Shown here piece after piece: positions 46,184 through 56,856 of a stretch of 64,000 bases of DNA. The translations under genes were made by a program, and so were the position numbers. The notes under the pieces are model-generated. The model saw only the letters and a list, made by a program, of their open reading frames with translations, had not been told where the DNA came from and made no database searches. This stretch comes from a virus. Position 1 is the stretch's first letter, and every line of letters starts with the position of its first letter. The stretch lies in the IMG/VR virus record IMGVR_UViG_3300002143_000172, positions 95,171 to 159,170 of that record; one strand, written 5' to 3'.

Positions 46184-47418
46184 TCGTATATGTCCTCTAG
46201 GTCTGGAATCATTTCAAATAATTCTTCTTTTCGAATCTTATCAGTTTCAAATTGAATGTCAAAGAATTCTTTAAGGCCGTCAATTCGAGTATCTCCCTTT
46301 AATGCTTCTTGAACCATTGCCGCGCAGTTTTGTACATCTACACAGTAATTAGGATTCATTTTAATCTTGTTCCATTTAAGGAATAATCGATCTTTGTAGT
46401 ACTGCGGTAGTATGCTAATGTTTGCCCACCAAGGGTTCGTTAACATGTTTAATCGTAAACTTTCTCTTCTAGTTGGATCAATATATTTGTTATCAACCAT
46501 ATAGTTAAAGAAGTCTGGAAAGTGTATTACATTCCAAATGCTAATAGTAGGTGTTAGATTAAATTCTACATGGGGAACTTGTTCTTTCAACATTCTGATG
46601 TTGTTTTCGACTTCATCCCACTTGGCACCAGACCGCAAGTATTCTAGTGTAGGACCCATGCCATCGAGACTAGCAAATATTTTAACTTTTTTAAACTTCT
46701 TCCAATAGTCTAATACATTTTTACTTTTGTATTTGAATACACTAAAATTTGTTGTATAGGTTATCTCAACATCGTCTCTACCTAATTTAATCCATTCGTC
46801 CAATACTTTATAGTGTTCGGAAGTAATTAAACTTTCGCCGCCTGCAAAATAAACTTCTTCAACATCTTTAAGATATGGGTTAACTTTAGGAAAAAAGTCA
46901 TCGTTGTCGTTGCAGGTAACTAGCATGTCGTCCATGTTAAAGTGTATCTTTAACTTTTCAATCCCACCTTTATGTTCAATGAACTCTTTAGCATGAAGGC
47001 TGCTAAATTCGGGTCCGCAACTTCTACACTTTTGATTGCAGATGTTACTCCAGCGGATGTCCATGTACCGTAATTTAAAGTCGTTGATGCTACCGTTTGC
47101 AGTTGTTGCATTAACCAAGCTAAGATTGGCGTCGCCCCTAACTTGATTGGAGCTTTGCCGGAGGCTCCATTGTCCCACAGCTTCGACATCATAACATCGA
47201 TTGCATACATCACTGGGCTTTCCAGAAAGCATGTTCCGTCTAAGTTCTTTGTATTCCTTAGTGTTCATCATAGTAATAACATCTTTGCTATCAGTAGTCG
47301 ACACCGGAAGATCTGAGTTTGCCATACAGCAAGGTAACACTTTCTTATTTGGTAATGCATGAAAGTGTATCCACGGTAATATACAGAATACTTGTGATTC
47401 GGGAATTTTGGTAAGCAT
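46162..47418 (-). CDS. Radical SAM enzyme with N-terminal SPASM/twitch-like domain
   Basis: FCILPW, PCC, CNRCY; CNQKCRSC; FAGGE. Confidence 0.9.
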   Translation of the reverse strand: MLTKIPESQVFCILPWIHFHALPNKKVLPCCMANSDLPVSTTDSKDVITMMNTKEYKELRRNMLSGKPSDVCNRCYDVEAVGQWSLRQSSNQVRGDANLSLVNATTANGSINDFKLRYMDIRWSNICNQKCRSCGPEFSSLHAKEFIEHKGGIEKLKIHFNMDDMLVTCNDNDDFFPKVNPYLKDVEEVYFAGGESLITSEHYKVLDEWIKLGRDDVEITYTTNFSVFKYKSKNVLDYWKKFKKVKIFASLDGMGPTLEYLRSGAKWDEVENNIRMLKEQVPHVEFNLTPTISIWNVIHFPDFFNYMVDNKYIDPTRRESLRLNMLTNPWWANISILPQYYKDRLFLKWNKIKMNPNYCVDVQNCAAMVQEALKGDTRIDGLKEFFDIQFETDKIRKEELFEMIPDLEDIYEWTQENL

Positions 47419-47420
47419 AA

Positions 47421-48638
47421 TTAATCCAATAGGCTTGTTAGTTCAGGGAACACGCTTGCAAAAGATTCGCCGCGTACTTTATCTAATGCGCCCACCTCTT
47501 CTTGAAACATCGTCTTGTATGTGTCCCATGTATGTTCAGTTTCAGCCCAAACAATATTTTTACCAATTGCATTTGTTTGATGACTTAAAAATCCTTTTGC
47601 TCTCATTGAAACTATAAGACTCTGTATTCCTTGTTTGCCCATTGCTTTTAATTCTTTTGGTAGCGCACGGGCAGTTAGGTGTTCGGGACTAACCATACTG
47701 TAGGTAGTGTGTACATAATCAGTGGGCAAAATGATATTTTTGTCAATGATATAATTATAAAAATCGTGTAGTGTTGTGTAGTTAAAGATACTAACCACGG
47801 TGTTCAATGTAAGCGATATGTTATCTAGAGATCTAAACTTTAACAGATTACTTTCAACCTGGGCCCAATCAGTTCCGTTCCTAATGTATTCTGCTCGTTC
47901 ACCGTAATGGTCAATACTTGCAGCCATCAGGATAGGTTTACTAAACCTTGACCATAAATCAATCACATCCTTTTGTTTAAATTTTAAATTGCTGGCATTT
48001 GAATTATAAGAAAGTTGGATATCAGTCTTACCTAACCTGATCATTTCTTCAAGTAGGATGTAATGTTCTTCGGTGATCAATGGTTCGCCACCAGCAAAGT
48101 AGGCAGTTTCCATATAAGGAACATGATCAAGGATCTCTTTTAAAAATTCAGGTTTGTTATTTTTATCAAATACTCTAGCGTCGGGTAACTTTCTTTTTAG
48201 ATTTTCAAATTCCCACTGACTGCTAAATGCTGAGTTACATGTCCTACATTTAAAATTACATATATTTGTAAATCGAAGATCAAAGTATCTCATTTTGAAA
48301 TTACTTAGATATCCAACCATATTTGTATGTATTAACGATTCCTCTAAATCTTTTCCAAAATCTTTATTTAATTTATTCCTAAAAGAGTTCTGTCCTTGTT
48401 TCTCATGTTGATAGCAAGTTGTACAAGATGGACTTTCCTTTTCAAAAATCATATTAGTTCTAAGATTCCGCATACCATCTGAATTGACCAGCTGTTCAAG
48501 ACTGTTCTCTAAACTGCTCCCAAATTTTTCTTTAGAGATACAACACGCAGAAAAATCACCAATCGGACTAGTGTGTGCATGGATCCACGGGGCCATGCAA
48601 AACACTTTGCTTTCTTTTAATAGTCTATCTTTATCCAT
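47421..48638 (-). CDS. Radical SAM enzyme with N-terminal SPASM/twitch-like domain
   Basis: FCMAPW, ACC, CTTCY; CNFKCRTC; FAGGEP. Confidence 0.9.
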   Translation of the reverse strand: MDKDRLLKESKVFCMAPWIHAHTSPIGDFSACCISKEKFGSSLENSLEQLVNSDGMRNLRTNMIFEKESPSCTTCYQHEKQGQNSFRNKLNKDFGKDLEESLIHTNMVGYLSNFKMRYFDLRFTNICNFKCRTCNSAFSSQWEFENLKRKLPDARVFDKNNKPEFLKEILDHVPYMETAYFAGGEPLITEEHYILLEEMIRLGKTDIQLSYNSNASNLKFKQKDVIDLWSRFSKPILMAASIDHYGERAEYIRNGTDWAQVESNLLKFRSLDNISLTLNTVVSIFNYTTLHDFYNYIIDKNIILPTDYVHTTYSMVSPEHLTARALPKELKAMGKQGIQSLIVSMRAKGFLSHQTNAIGKNIVWAETEHTWDTYKTMFQEEVGALDKVRGESFASVFPELTSLLD

Positions 48639-50019
48639 TTAATTTTTTACATCTGTTAAAGAAACTTTTCATTTCTGGAAAAGTTTCCAGAAAGTTTGTA
48701 TCTCTTCTGCTATCCAGAGCAGTGAACCAATTGTAAAAGTCTCGGCGCCCTTCTTCTATCTTATCTTCGCTATACTGAGTATCACGCATATAGTCAACTA
48801 CTCGTCTAAACTTTTCGTATTCAATCTTAGTAAACTTTCCAAGATCGTTATCGTCCATATTCTCTTCCATAAAAGCAAGACTTTCGTCCATATACTTCAT
48901 AAACTTATCTTTGGGAAGAATGTTCATATCATACTGTAATGGCTCTTTAAGATATGGAGTATCAAATCTCAATATCTGCGGTTTGTCGGGCTTGTTATAC
49001 TTAACACGCCATTCTAAAATCTTTGTTAGGAGATCTTTAAACGTAGTAACGCATAGGATGTTAAATGTAATCATAAAACTAATTGGCTGTCCGGTCTTAG
49101 TTAGGTATGCATCTAAATTCTTTTCCCATATTTCTAAATCTAATCCAGTACGAATATACTCGGCTCTCGATCCCCAAGTATCGATACTAGTGAACAATTT
49201 AAAGGCCTTGATTTTGTTGCCGTCGAGAAGATGATTTACTTTCTTTATCATCTTCTCGACCATTGCGGTCTTTACACCCATGTTGCTATTAATGTTTAAT
49301 TCAAGCCACGGCATTGGATCTTCTTCAATGCTATCTAATAGTTTCCAAGTGCTCGAATGCATCAGTGGTTCGCCCCCGGTAATACGCAAGATAGTTAGAT
49401 CCTTACGCATCTTTGGCCACCACTCCCACCATGCATCTACATAGGGGTTGTCTTCTTCTCGTTCATATAGTTTCATCCAATCGATATCACACCTATGATT
49501 TTTAACTGTTTCGACTGGGCCATGTTGTTTGATTTCGTTATAGAATCTACTACTAGCCTTGGGATGGCAATAGCCACATTTAAAATTACACTCATTACCA
49601 AAGCTAATCTCTACATACTCTGGATTAATATTAGCATCCCACGATGCATCTGTAATTGCGGCAAGCCGCTCAGGTGTGTAAATTGATGCAGATCGCAGGT
49701 GCCTATCACTTAGGTGATCCTTTCCTAAGTTCTCTATGTTCCAACAGTATTGGCATCCTTTAGTTTGAATACCATGTAGCATCTCATGGCGTTCAGTCTT
49801 TTTTGCTATGGTGTTATGTAATGCACTAGGATTCTTTTGTATTTCTTTGATGCCAATAGGGTGCGGAGCAGGATGATAACAACTATGGGTTTCTCCCGTT
49901 TGCAAATACAAAGTAGTGTGGTACCATTTAGCCAGACAGAATGTGGGACTAACTTCATTGACTATTGGAATAATTTTCATTAGTCTACCATGGAGACTTT
50001 CATTGTCGCTCATTAACAT
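48631..50019 (-). CDS. Radical SAM enzyme with N-terminal Cys-rich domain
   Basis: FCLAKW, SCYH, CQYCW; CNFKCGYC; TGGEP. Confidence 0.9.
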   Translation of the reverse strand: MLMSDNESLHGRLMKIIPIVNEVSPTFCLAKWYHTTLYLQTGETHSCYHPAPHPIGIKEIQKNPSALHNTIAKKTERHEMLHGIQTKGCQYCWNIENLGKDHLSDRHLRSASIYTPERLAAITDASWDANINPEYVEISFGNECNFKCGYCHPKASSRFYNEIKQHGPVETVKNHRCDIDWMKLYEREEDNPYVDAWWEWWPKMRKDLTILRITGGEPLMHSSTWKLLDSIEEDPMPWLELNINSNMGVKTAMVEKMIKKVNHLLDGNKIKAFKLFTSIDTWGSRAEYIRTGLDLEIWEKNLDAYLTKTGQPISFMITFNILCVTTFKDLLTKILEWRVKYNKPDKPQILRFDTPYLKEPLQYDMNILPKDKFMKYMDESLAFMEENMDDNDLGKFTKIEYEKFRRVVDYMRDTQYSEDKIEEGRRDFYNWFTALDSRRDTNFLETFPEMKSFFNRCKKLNG

Positions 50020-51436
50020 CCTTTCTCTCTGGGTAATTTTTATAAAACATTTTTTCTAACCATTTTCTATCGTTGATCTTCATTAGGCCGGTTAAATCGT
50101 ATGCATTGTCGTTAACAAATGTCAATGCATGACCTGCGGCAGCGGTCGCGAATGACGCAAACTCTCGCCTAGTATCTATATTCTTCCAGACATTAAAACG
50201 CAGGCTATGTTCTAAATTTTGAGGATATCGATGCATACTAAACAGTAATTTTACACACTCTCTAAAAACACTTTTCCAGACACTAAATTCATCCGTGTTA
50301 AAGGCTGTCCAATTACTGATCGTTTCAACTATCTTTATTTTTTCACTGATTGAAGTTGTTAAATCCAATGTTCGCCATTTTTTAATTTTTAATAGTTTAT
50401 CTCTTGGTACTAGTTTAACACCTCCGTAACCGTAAGTCAAATCTGCTACTGGATTTTTAGCACTCCAAATGTATACACAGTCTCGATCAAAAATACCAGG
50501 TTGGAAATCAAATTCAAACTTTTTAAATAAGAAAGCATCTCCGTCGACTACATAAAACATATCAGTTCTAGCAACTCTTGCGGCTTCTTTGTGCGCTTCG
50601 AATATGCCTTCTACTCCATCAACCCGTCGAGCATGTGGTGCTTTTTCCAATACCCGTTGCCAATTTTGTTCTGCATTTGGTTCGTGGTAGCTGATAAAAA
50701 TAACATCGAGTAAATTTTCTAAAATGGGTTGTATTTCCCCAACCCATTGTATTTGTTTAGGACGGACGCCTGATACTACAATTCTAATAGCCCAAATATC
50801 TTTAAAACTATAAAATGAAGAATTGAGTCGATAACGACAGTCAAACTGACCGAGATCAAAAATGCTGGGGTAGAGATCTTCTAGATCAAAATTCATATTA
50901 GGAATATCTGGATTTTGTGCGAGTTCAATATTTGGAGATAGATATCCCATATGTTTTTGGTATTTCGTTTTGGCACCGGCTACCGTTGCTCGATAAAGCC
51001 AAATGTCTTTTCCGTTGGGAGTAAACCTAGGATCAACATACCAAATCAATTCGTGTCCAAGGTCACTTGGATCTATTTTATAATCCCTTCGAGGATCTTC
51101 TAAAAATCTAATGTTTGGATTTATTTCTGAATTAGATTTCCAGTTAAGTGATGGTACTACAATATCAAATTCTTCGTAGCCTTTTACCGGATTCCAACGA
51201 TCGTTAAATATTTTAGCGATCCAATCGCCTTCGTAGAAATAGACAATACATTTTTCTGTTTTAGGAATATAATTAATAAACTGATGAACATCTTTGTAGT
51301 CTGTCCAAGGATTAAGGGCAACAAATTGGGTGTGGCCTGCTCCAAGATTAAACAAATTTACATCATAAGAAATATTATTGCCTTCCCATTCAACGGCGGC
51401 AATTTCTTCATAAGGGACATGATAAAGGGTTGGCAT
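50000..51436 (-). CDS. Glycosyltransferase-like protein (GT-A-like C-terminal domain)
   Basis: DVIFISYHE, VVDGD (DxD), YGYGGVKL, FRECVKL. Confidence 0.6.
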   Translation of the reverse strand: MPTLYHVPYEEIAAVEWEGNNISYDVNLFNLGAGHTQFVALNPWTDYKDVHQFINYIPKTEKCIVYFYEGDWIAKIFNDRWNPVKGYEEFDIVVPSLNWKSNSEINPNIRFLEDPRRDYKIDPSDLGHELIWYVDPRFTPNGKDIWLYRATVAGAKTKYQKHMGYLSPNIELAQNPDIPNMNFDLEDLYPSIFDLGQFDCRYRLNSSFYSFKDIWAIRIVVSGVRPKQIQWVGEIQPILENLLDVIFISYHEPNAEQNWQRVLEKAPHARRVDGVEGIFEAHKEAARVARTDMFYVVDGDAFLFKKFEFDFQPGIFDRDCVYIWSAKNPVADLTYGYGGVKLVPRDKLLKIKKWRTLDLTTSISEKIKIVETISNWTAFNTDEFSVWKSVFRECVKLLFSMHRYPQNLEHSLRFNVWKNIDTRREFASFATAAAGHALTFVNDNAYDLTGLMKINDRKWLEKMFYKNYPERKDVNERQ

Positions 51437-51465
51437 ACACAGTAATTATCTTACTGCGGTGGTGG

Positions 51466-54400
51466 TCAACTAATATTTGCCGCAACTAGGTCAGTGATGG
51501 TATTACCATGTACATCAAATCCAGTAAAGTACTCTGTTTGATTAGATGCATCGGCCAGTACTAATTGGCTATTTCTATACAAGGTTTCATCATAGTAATA
51601 GAACGCACCCTCCAGTCCCTCCAAAACTTTCTGTTGATCAGGATCGCTAGAATCGTTACTAAGAATATTAAGATCAATTTCTAAGTTGCCTCTATAATTT
51701 TTAACAGTTAATATGCTACCGGTAGCGTTGCCAATTCCAAAATAGTTTCCAATGTTATCAATGCCAGATACTAGGTAATCGTTAGTGTAAAGTATTTCTG
51801 ATGTAACTGATTTGTTAATTGGTATTCTATAAATTGTTTCCCACCCTGTTGGATTTGCTGTCTGTAGGTCCGTGATGTATAACTCTTCGCCATAGCCGAT
51901 GCCAACAGTAAGATATCGAATGCCACCAATGATATCATATGTTAAGCCCAAGCAAGAATTATCATAGCCTAGTGCGCTTACCCAATTTCCCAATCCTTGA
52001 TAGAATACAACATTGGTTGTAATTGAAATTGGTACATCCAGGTTAATTAGATCAAGACTACTATCTAATGGGTATATTGTCACGGTAGCAGTTGTTTGGA
52101 AAGTACCATTTATTTCATCTATCGCAGGATCAAATACAATTCTAAATGTATCTTGACTATTTTCAACTATATCAAGGTAAGTGAATCCCGCCGGGTTGCT
52201 GGTTGGAAAGGCGACTTCAAATTTATTATAGTCACCACCTCGATGGTCAACTAAGAAATCCTGGGTTATCACCGAAGTATTAGTTATCGTCGTGATTAAC
52301 TTAGGCGGAGTGACTGACCCTACATTAACCTCTGTAAAGAGTGTTAGAGGGTTAACATTTTGTAGCACTCTAACTGTACCTTTGTAATATCCAGGAGTTG
52401 TCCCCGCGTATTGAATAGCGAAGGCGCTATTAGAGTGTGGGGGGATAGTCAGAGAAGTTGGAGTTATTGTTCCTGTAGTATATCCCTCTAAGATAATATC
52501 AGACACCACACAAGTTAATGTGCTATTGTTGTTTAAGGTAACAATCTGTGAGTCGCTAAGACCAGTTGCAAAAGAAAATTCAGCCAAAGGTGCCGGACTA
52601 GCACTAACATAGTTAGATACTAACTGTGTTTGCGGTTTTTGTGAAGAAATGCCGTCGTTGTTCCCCACAACATAGGTAGTCTTAAAGTCTGTTTCTACAT
52701 AGAGACTAACTCTAATCCACTCGCCCCGTGTAAATCCCTTTTTCGTTTTCTTACCCCATTTCTTCTTGTCTTTCTTGTCTTTCTTGTCTTTTTTCTTTTT
52801 CTTTTTACCAAGTCCCACTAGATAGTGTACAGATCCAATGATAGTACTTCCTACGATTTGATATGTAAGTATTATACCGTTAGTTTTATAATCATCGGTT
52901 GTCCGGCCCTTTGGTATAGTAGGAGTATCAGTGTTTCCTTCTCCGATAGCAATGTATTCCCAAGATAAGTCATCAGACTGTAGGGCTTCTAAAAATTCTG
53001 CTGTTCCAAAAGTTAACCCATTGATTTCGTCAACTACTGGTTGCCATCCATCTATATCTCTCTGCCTTCCTCCAACGATGGTTATGTCAGGAACGATTTT
53101 GCCGCCTAGATTAAAGAAATAATTAAGTTGTTGTTGATATGCCCACGACCAATTAACTGCTGTAATATATCCATTATTAGAAGATCCTAATATCATTGAT
53201 GCAGTTGTAACATAGTTGGTACAGGTCCAATCTTCAGTAATAGACACAGGAGTGGTATGCGATATAAATGCTAACTGACTCGGGTGTACCGTCTCTTTAT
53301 TAATTTCTAAAAATTGCGCGGCGGTATACATTCTATCAGGTACTGAGGCTAATATTACAGTTCCAGTAGTAGCAGAAGGTATTATATTGTCGTTATTTCC
53401 GTTTTGATGTACTAGTATTCGGTCAGTGTCTAATAACAGATTATCCCAATTTGCCGCTTGGATGATATCTCCATCTAGTACATTCTGTCCTTTCAGATTG
53501 GCACCGTACCCTGTAGAAGTTGTTCCAGCAAATTCAAAAAAGTAATCGCGTATATAATTACTGTCGTCACTCAATATAACATTGTCTCGGGACAGTTTTA
53601 ATCTAATAACTTCAGATTTAACTTGACTTGCAACATCTGTCACAGTAATAGTATGATAAGTCGAAGTAACTCTTGGGCCAAGTGATTCACTTGGTGTTCC
53701 ATAAATTGTGCCAGTACTACCAAAACTAATACCAGTCGGTAATGCAGGAGTAACGGCCCAACTGTACGGAGCATTGCCTGAAGTTATAGTAATTGGATTA
53801 AAGGGATCAATTGTCTTGCCAAATATTTCTACTAGGTTTCTTCTGCTAGTTGATATTAATAATGGCTGTATCTCAACTTCTAGTGTAAAAGTTACGCTAC
53901 CAACTACCGCTGCCGTAATGGAATATGCAGAAGAATCAGTTACCGTAACGGTGAAGGTTGTTTGAGGAATAGCCGATGTCGGGGTTCCAGTTATTTGGCC
54001 AGATGATAAGTTAAATGACAGGCCGGTAGGTAAGGTCGGGGTAATTGAATAAGTTTTAGCGCCAATGCCGCCAGATACAGTAATTGGAGTAATTGGTGAA
54101 GTTAACAGCCTACCATAGGTTAATCGAACAGATGGGGAAGACACCGTTAACACCAGTGCTGGCACTATTTCTAGTCCAAAATTTCGACTAACAATCTGTA
54201 ATGCACTATCAGATACAATTACATTATGGTACTGCAACGAATATGTTGTTGCAGGAGTTCCGGTAATTGCACCGTTTGATGTGTTAAACGATAATCCTAA
54301 TGGCAGGGCCGGGGTAATTGAATAAGTTAATGTTCCAAATCCGCCGGAGCCGACTACAGGGATTGCCGTATTCATTGTTGCAATATTAACTAGTTGTAAG

Positions 54401-54711
54401 AAGTTAATTGCTACCGTTGCTGTTAACGGTGGTGCTGTTACATTAAGAGAAAAAGACCTGTTACTTGTTTGACCCACATTATCTGTTACTGTCACAGCAA
54501 ATGAGCTAGTTGAATGTAATATTGTTGGAGTACCTGAGATTGACCCAGAACTAGTGTTTATAGCTAATCCTGTTGGCAAACTTGGACTTAAGGAAAATAT
54601 ATAAGGAGCTATTCCACCAGATACCGTCACTGGTATAAACGGTGTTGCTGATTGACCAAACGACAAAGTTTTACTCGGAATAGATAATGTTAGATTTAGT
54701 GGTGGGCTCAT
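51466..54711 (-). CDS. Large virion fibre protein with four putative Ig repeats
   Basis: Repeated GG..Y..S.TP.LP.GL.....G.I.GTP; Thr/Ser-rich; TAAATA upstream; internal poly-Lys tract. Confidence 0.8.
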   Translation of the reverse strand: MSPPLNLTLSIPSKTLSFGQSATPFIPVTVSGGIAPYIFSLSPSLPTGLAINTSSGSISGTPTILHSTSSFAVTVTDNVGQTSNRSFSLNVTAPPLTATVAINFLQLVNIATMNTAIPVVGSGGFGTLTYSITPALPLGLSFNTSNGAITGTPATTYSLQYHNVIVSDSALQIVSRNFGLEIVPALVLTVSSPSVRLTYGRLLTSPITPITVSGGIGAKTYSITPTLPTGLSFNLSSGQITGTPTSAIPQTTFTVTVTDSSAYSITAAVVGSVTFTLEVEIQPLLISTSRRNLVEIFGKTIDPFNPITITSGNAPYSWAVTPALPTGISFGSTGTIYGTPSESLGPRVTSTYHTITVTDVASQVKSEVIRLKLSRDNVILSDDSNYIRDYFFEFAGTTSTGYGANLKGQNVLDGDIIQAANWDNLLLDTDRILVHQNGNNDNIIPSATTGTVILASVPDRMYTAAQFLEINKETVHPSQLAFISHTTPVSITEDWTCTNYVTTASMILGSSNNGYITAVNWSWAYQQQLNYFFNLGGKIVPDITIVGGRQRDIDGWQPVVDEINGLTFGTAEFLEALQSDDLSWEYIAIGEGNTDTPTIPKGRTTDDYKTNGIILTYQIVGSTIIGSVHYLVGLGKKKKKKDKKDKKDKKKWGKKTKKGFTRGEWIRVSLYVETDFKTTYVVGNNDGISSQKPQTQLVSNYVSASPAPLAEFSFATGLSDSQIVTLNNNSTLTCVVSDIILEGYTTGTITPTSLTIPPHSNSAFAIQYAGTTPGYYKGTVRVLQNVNPLTLFTEVNVGSVTPPKLITTITNTSVITQDFLVDHRGGDYNKFEVAFPTSNPAGFTYLDIVENSQDTFRIVFDPAIDEINGTFQTTATVTIYPLDSSLDLINLDVPISITTNVVFYQGLGNWVSALGYDNSCLGLTYDIIGGIRYLTVGIGYGEELYITDLQTANPTGWETIYRIPINKSVTSEILYTNDYLVSGIDNIGNYFGIGNATGSILTVKNYRGNLEIDLNILSNDSSDPDQQKVLEGLEGAFYYYDETLYRNSQLVLADASNQTEYFTGFDVHGNTITDLVAANIS

Positions 54712-54801
54712 AGCTTATAGTTTTCCTACTGAAGTTTCCTTAATTCGTATTTAGCCACAATTTTTTTAACACTAACTTGTCTGAGATTAAATACATACAT
54801 A

Positions 54802-55566
54802 ATGAAACGATTTAAACATAGCGGCGCCTTTGGCGATTTGATCTACAGTTTGCCCACAGTAAAACATTTTGGAGGTGGAGAGTTTTATCTACATCTTAAT
54901 CAAATTGATTGGATAGGCAAGCATTATTATGGTAGTAGTCCCGATCCATTCCATCAAGGAAGGATGACCGAGAAAGACTACGACTTCATGTATGACTTCA
55001 TGATGGAACAGGACTATATTGACAAGTTCGATACCCTGGATGTCAAATATACAGAGATAACACACGACCTGGACCGCTTTAGGCGTCTGTTCGTGGGCCA
55101 TCCTACCAACTACATTGATATCTATAATGCTACCTTTAACATCTACGAAGATGCCAGACAACGAGTTAATACCGAGCCGTGGCTCACTGTGCATAGGCCC
55201 CACGAGTTTACCAACCCTACCTGTGTGATCAATCGATCGGCTCGTTGGTCACATCCAGATAGCCTAGTAGGGTGGACTGCTATTAGAGAACAGCATGAAG
55301 ATGCAGTATTTGTGGGCCTGCCCTCTGAACATGCGAGTTTCTGTGAGTTCACGGGTTGGGCTGTGGATTATGTTGAAACCAACACCATGCTGGAGCTGGC
55401 CCAGATCATTGCGGGTGCCCAGGCCTTCGCGGGTAACCAAAGCCAATGCTACGCTCTGGCAGTGGGTCTAGGTGTTGCCAAAATAGACCTAGAAACTCGT
55501 AGGGACATGCCCTTAGAGCGGAATGAGTGCTATTTTCCCCAAAGAACCCATATCAAATACTTCTAA
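54802..55566 (+). CDS. GT9 (heptosyltransferase)-like protein
   Basis: GAFGDLIYSLP; ELAQIIAGAQAFAGNQS. Confidence 0.6.
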   Translation: MKRFKHSGAFGDLIYSLPTVKHFGGGEFYLHLNQIDWIGKHYYGSSPDPFHQGRMTEKDYDFMYDFMMEQDYIDKFDTLDVKYTEITHDLDRFRRLFVGHPTNYIDIYNATFNIYEDARQRVNTEPWLTVHRPHEFTNPTCVINRSARWSHPDSLVGWTAIREQHEDAVFVGLPSEHASFCEFTGWAVDYVETNTMLELAQIIAGAQAFAGNQSQCYALAVGLGVAKIDLETRRDMPLERNECYFPQRTHIKYF

Positions 55567-55570
55567 TAGG

Positions 55571-55599
55571 TTGACTTATGGTATTACCTATGTTATACT
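55571..55599 (+). promoter_or_regulatory. Sigma70 promoter
   Basis: TTGACT-17-TATACT with extended TG. Confidence 0.7.
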
Positions 55600-55632
55600 T
55601 AATAAACACACAGAGAACTAGGAGTATTAAAC

Positions 55633-55794
55633 ATGTATATATTTGAAGTCCGAATCGCACTCAACGGTGACCGTGGCAATACTGTGGCCGTCCAAATCAC
55701 AGCGGAAAATGCCTATGCTGTACAGCAAATGGCCGCGGCACAGTATGGTGCCCAAAATGTTATCTATTACAGAGAATTACAACAAATTGGCTAA
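55633..55794 (+). CDS. Small hypothetical protein (53 aa)
   Basis: Read manually: MYIFEVRIALNGDRG...AQYGAQNV; AGGAG RBS. Confidence 0.65.
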   Translation: MYIFEVRIALNGDRGNTVAVQITAENAYAVQQMAAAQYGAQNVIYYRELQQIG

Positions 55795-55808
55795 CTTAGG
55801 AATATAAT

Positions 55809-56840
55809 ATGCGTGAACTAGCAACCATTCGCAAGATTGATTTGATCCGTCCTATCCCTGATGCTGATGCCATCGAGTGTGCAGTAGTAGGTGGGTGGAC
55901 CGTAGTGATTAAAAAAGGTGACTTCAAGGCAGGCGATCTTGCCATCTACTGTGAGATTGATTCTTGGATTCCCACAGAACTGGCACCGTTCCTATCCAAA
56001 GGACAAGAGCCACGCGAATACAACGATGTTCGTGGTGAACGGCTCCGAACCGTTCGACTGCGTGGGCAACTTAGCCAGGGACTGTTGCTGCCAATTAGTG
56101 ACGATACGCGAACAGGCGCTGGCATCCTTTGTAAAGAAGGACTCGATGTATCTGATCATTTGGGTATCGTAAAATACGAACCACCAGTGCCAGCGCACCT
56201 AGCAGGAGAAGTGCGGGGCCTGTTTCCAACATTTATTCCAAAGACAGATCAAGAGCGTGTTCAAAACCTTAGCACAGAGTTTGCACAATGGCAGGCCGAC
56301 GGAGTCAATTGGGAAGTAACTGAGAAGCTGGATGGCTCGTCAATGACAGTATATGTCAATGGCGACGATCATGGAGTATGTAGCCGTAACCTAAATCTCA
56401 AGGACACAGAAGGCAATACACTTTGGCAAGTGGCACACCGTGATCAGATCATTACTGCTATCATTGAAAGCGGCCGTAATATCGCTATCCAAGGTGAATT
56501 AATTGGCAATGGTATACAAGGTAATCCTTACAAGATTAACGGTCAAAGTTTTTACACTTTTGACATTTATGATATTGATGCCAGACGCCATTTCACTCCA
56601 GTAGAACGGAATGAGTTTTGTGAACTATATGAAATTCTGCATGTTCCCGTAATAGCATACAGTGCCGAACTGTTTGACACACTGGGCATTGTGACTATTG
56701 CTGACATGTTAAAATTTGCCGAGGGTAAAAGCAATCTCAATGCTCAAACAGAAAGAGAAGGAGTTGTGTTCAAGGCACATTCACTTGACCAATCATTTAA
56801 AGCGATCAGCAACAGGTTCTTGTTGAAAAGCAAGGACTAA
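55809..56840 (+). CDS. RNA ligase, DRB0094/Rnl5 family
   Basis: RELATIRKI, IYCEIDS, LRGQLSQG, PKTDQER, EKLDGSS, QGELIG, EGVVFK, FKAIS. Confidence 0.93.
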   Translation: MRELATIRKIDLIRPIPDADAIECAVVGGWTVVIKKGDFKAGDLAIYCEIDSWIPTELAPFLSKGQEPREYNDVRGERLRTVRLRGQLSQGLLLPISDDTRTGAGILCKEGLDVSDHLGIVKYEPPVPAHLAGEVRGLFPTFIPKTDQERVQNLSTEFAQWQADGVNWEVTEKLDGSSMTVYVNGDDHGVCSRNLNLKDTEGNTLWQVAHRDQIITAIIESGRNIAIQGELIGNGIQGNPYKINGQSFYTFDIYDIDARRHFTPVERNEFCELYEILHVPVIAYSAELFDTLGIVTIADMLKFAEGKSNLNAQTEREGVVFKAHSLDQSFKAISNRFLLKSKD

Positions 56841-56856
56841 TACATTATATAGGAAT

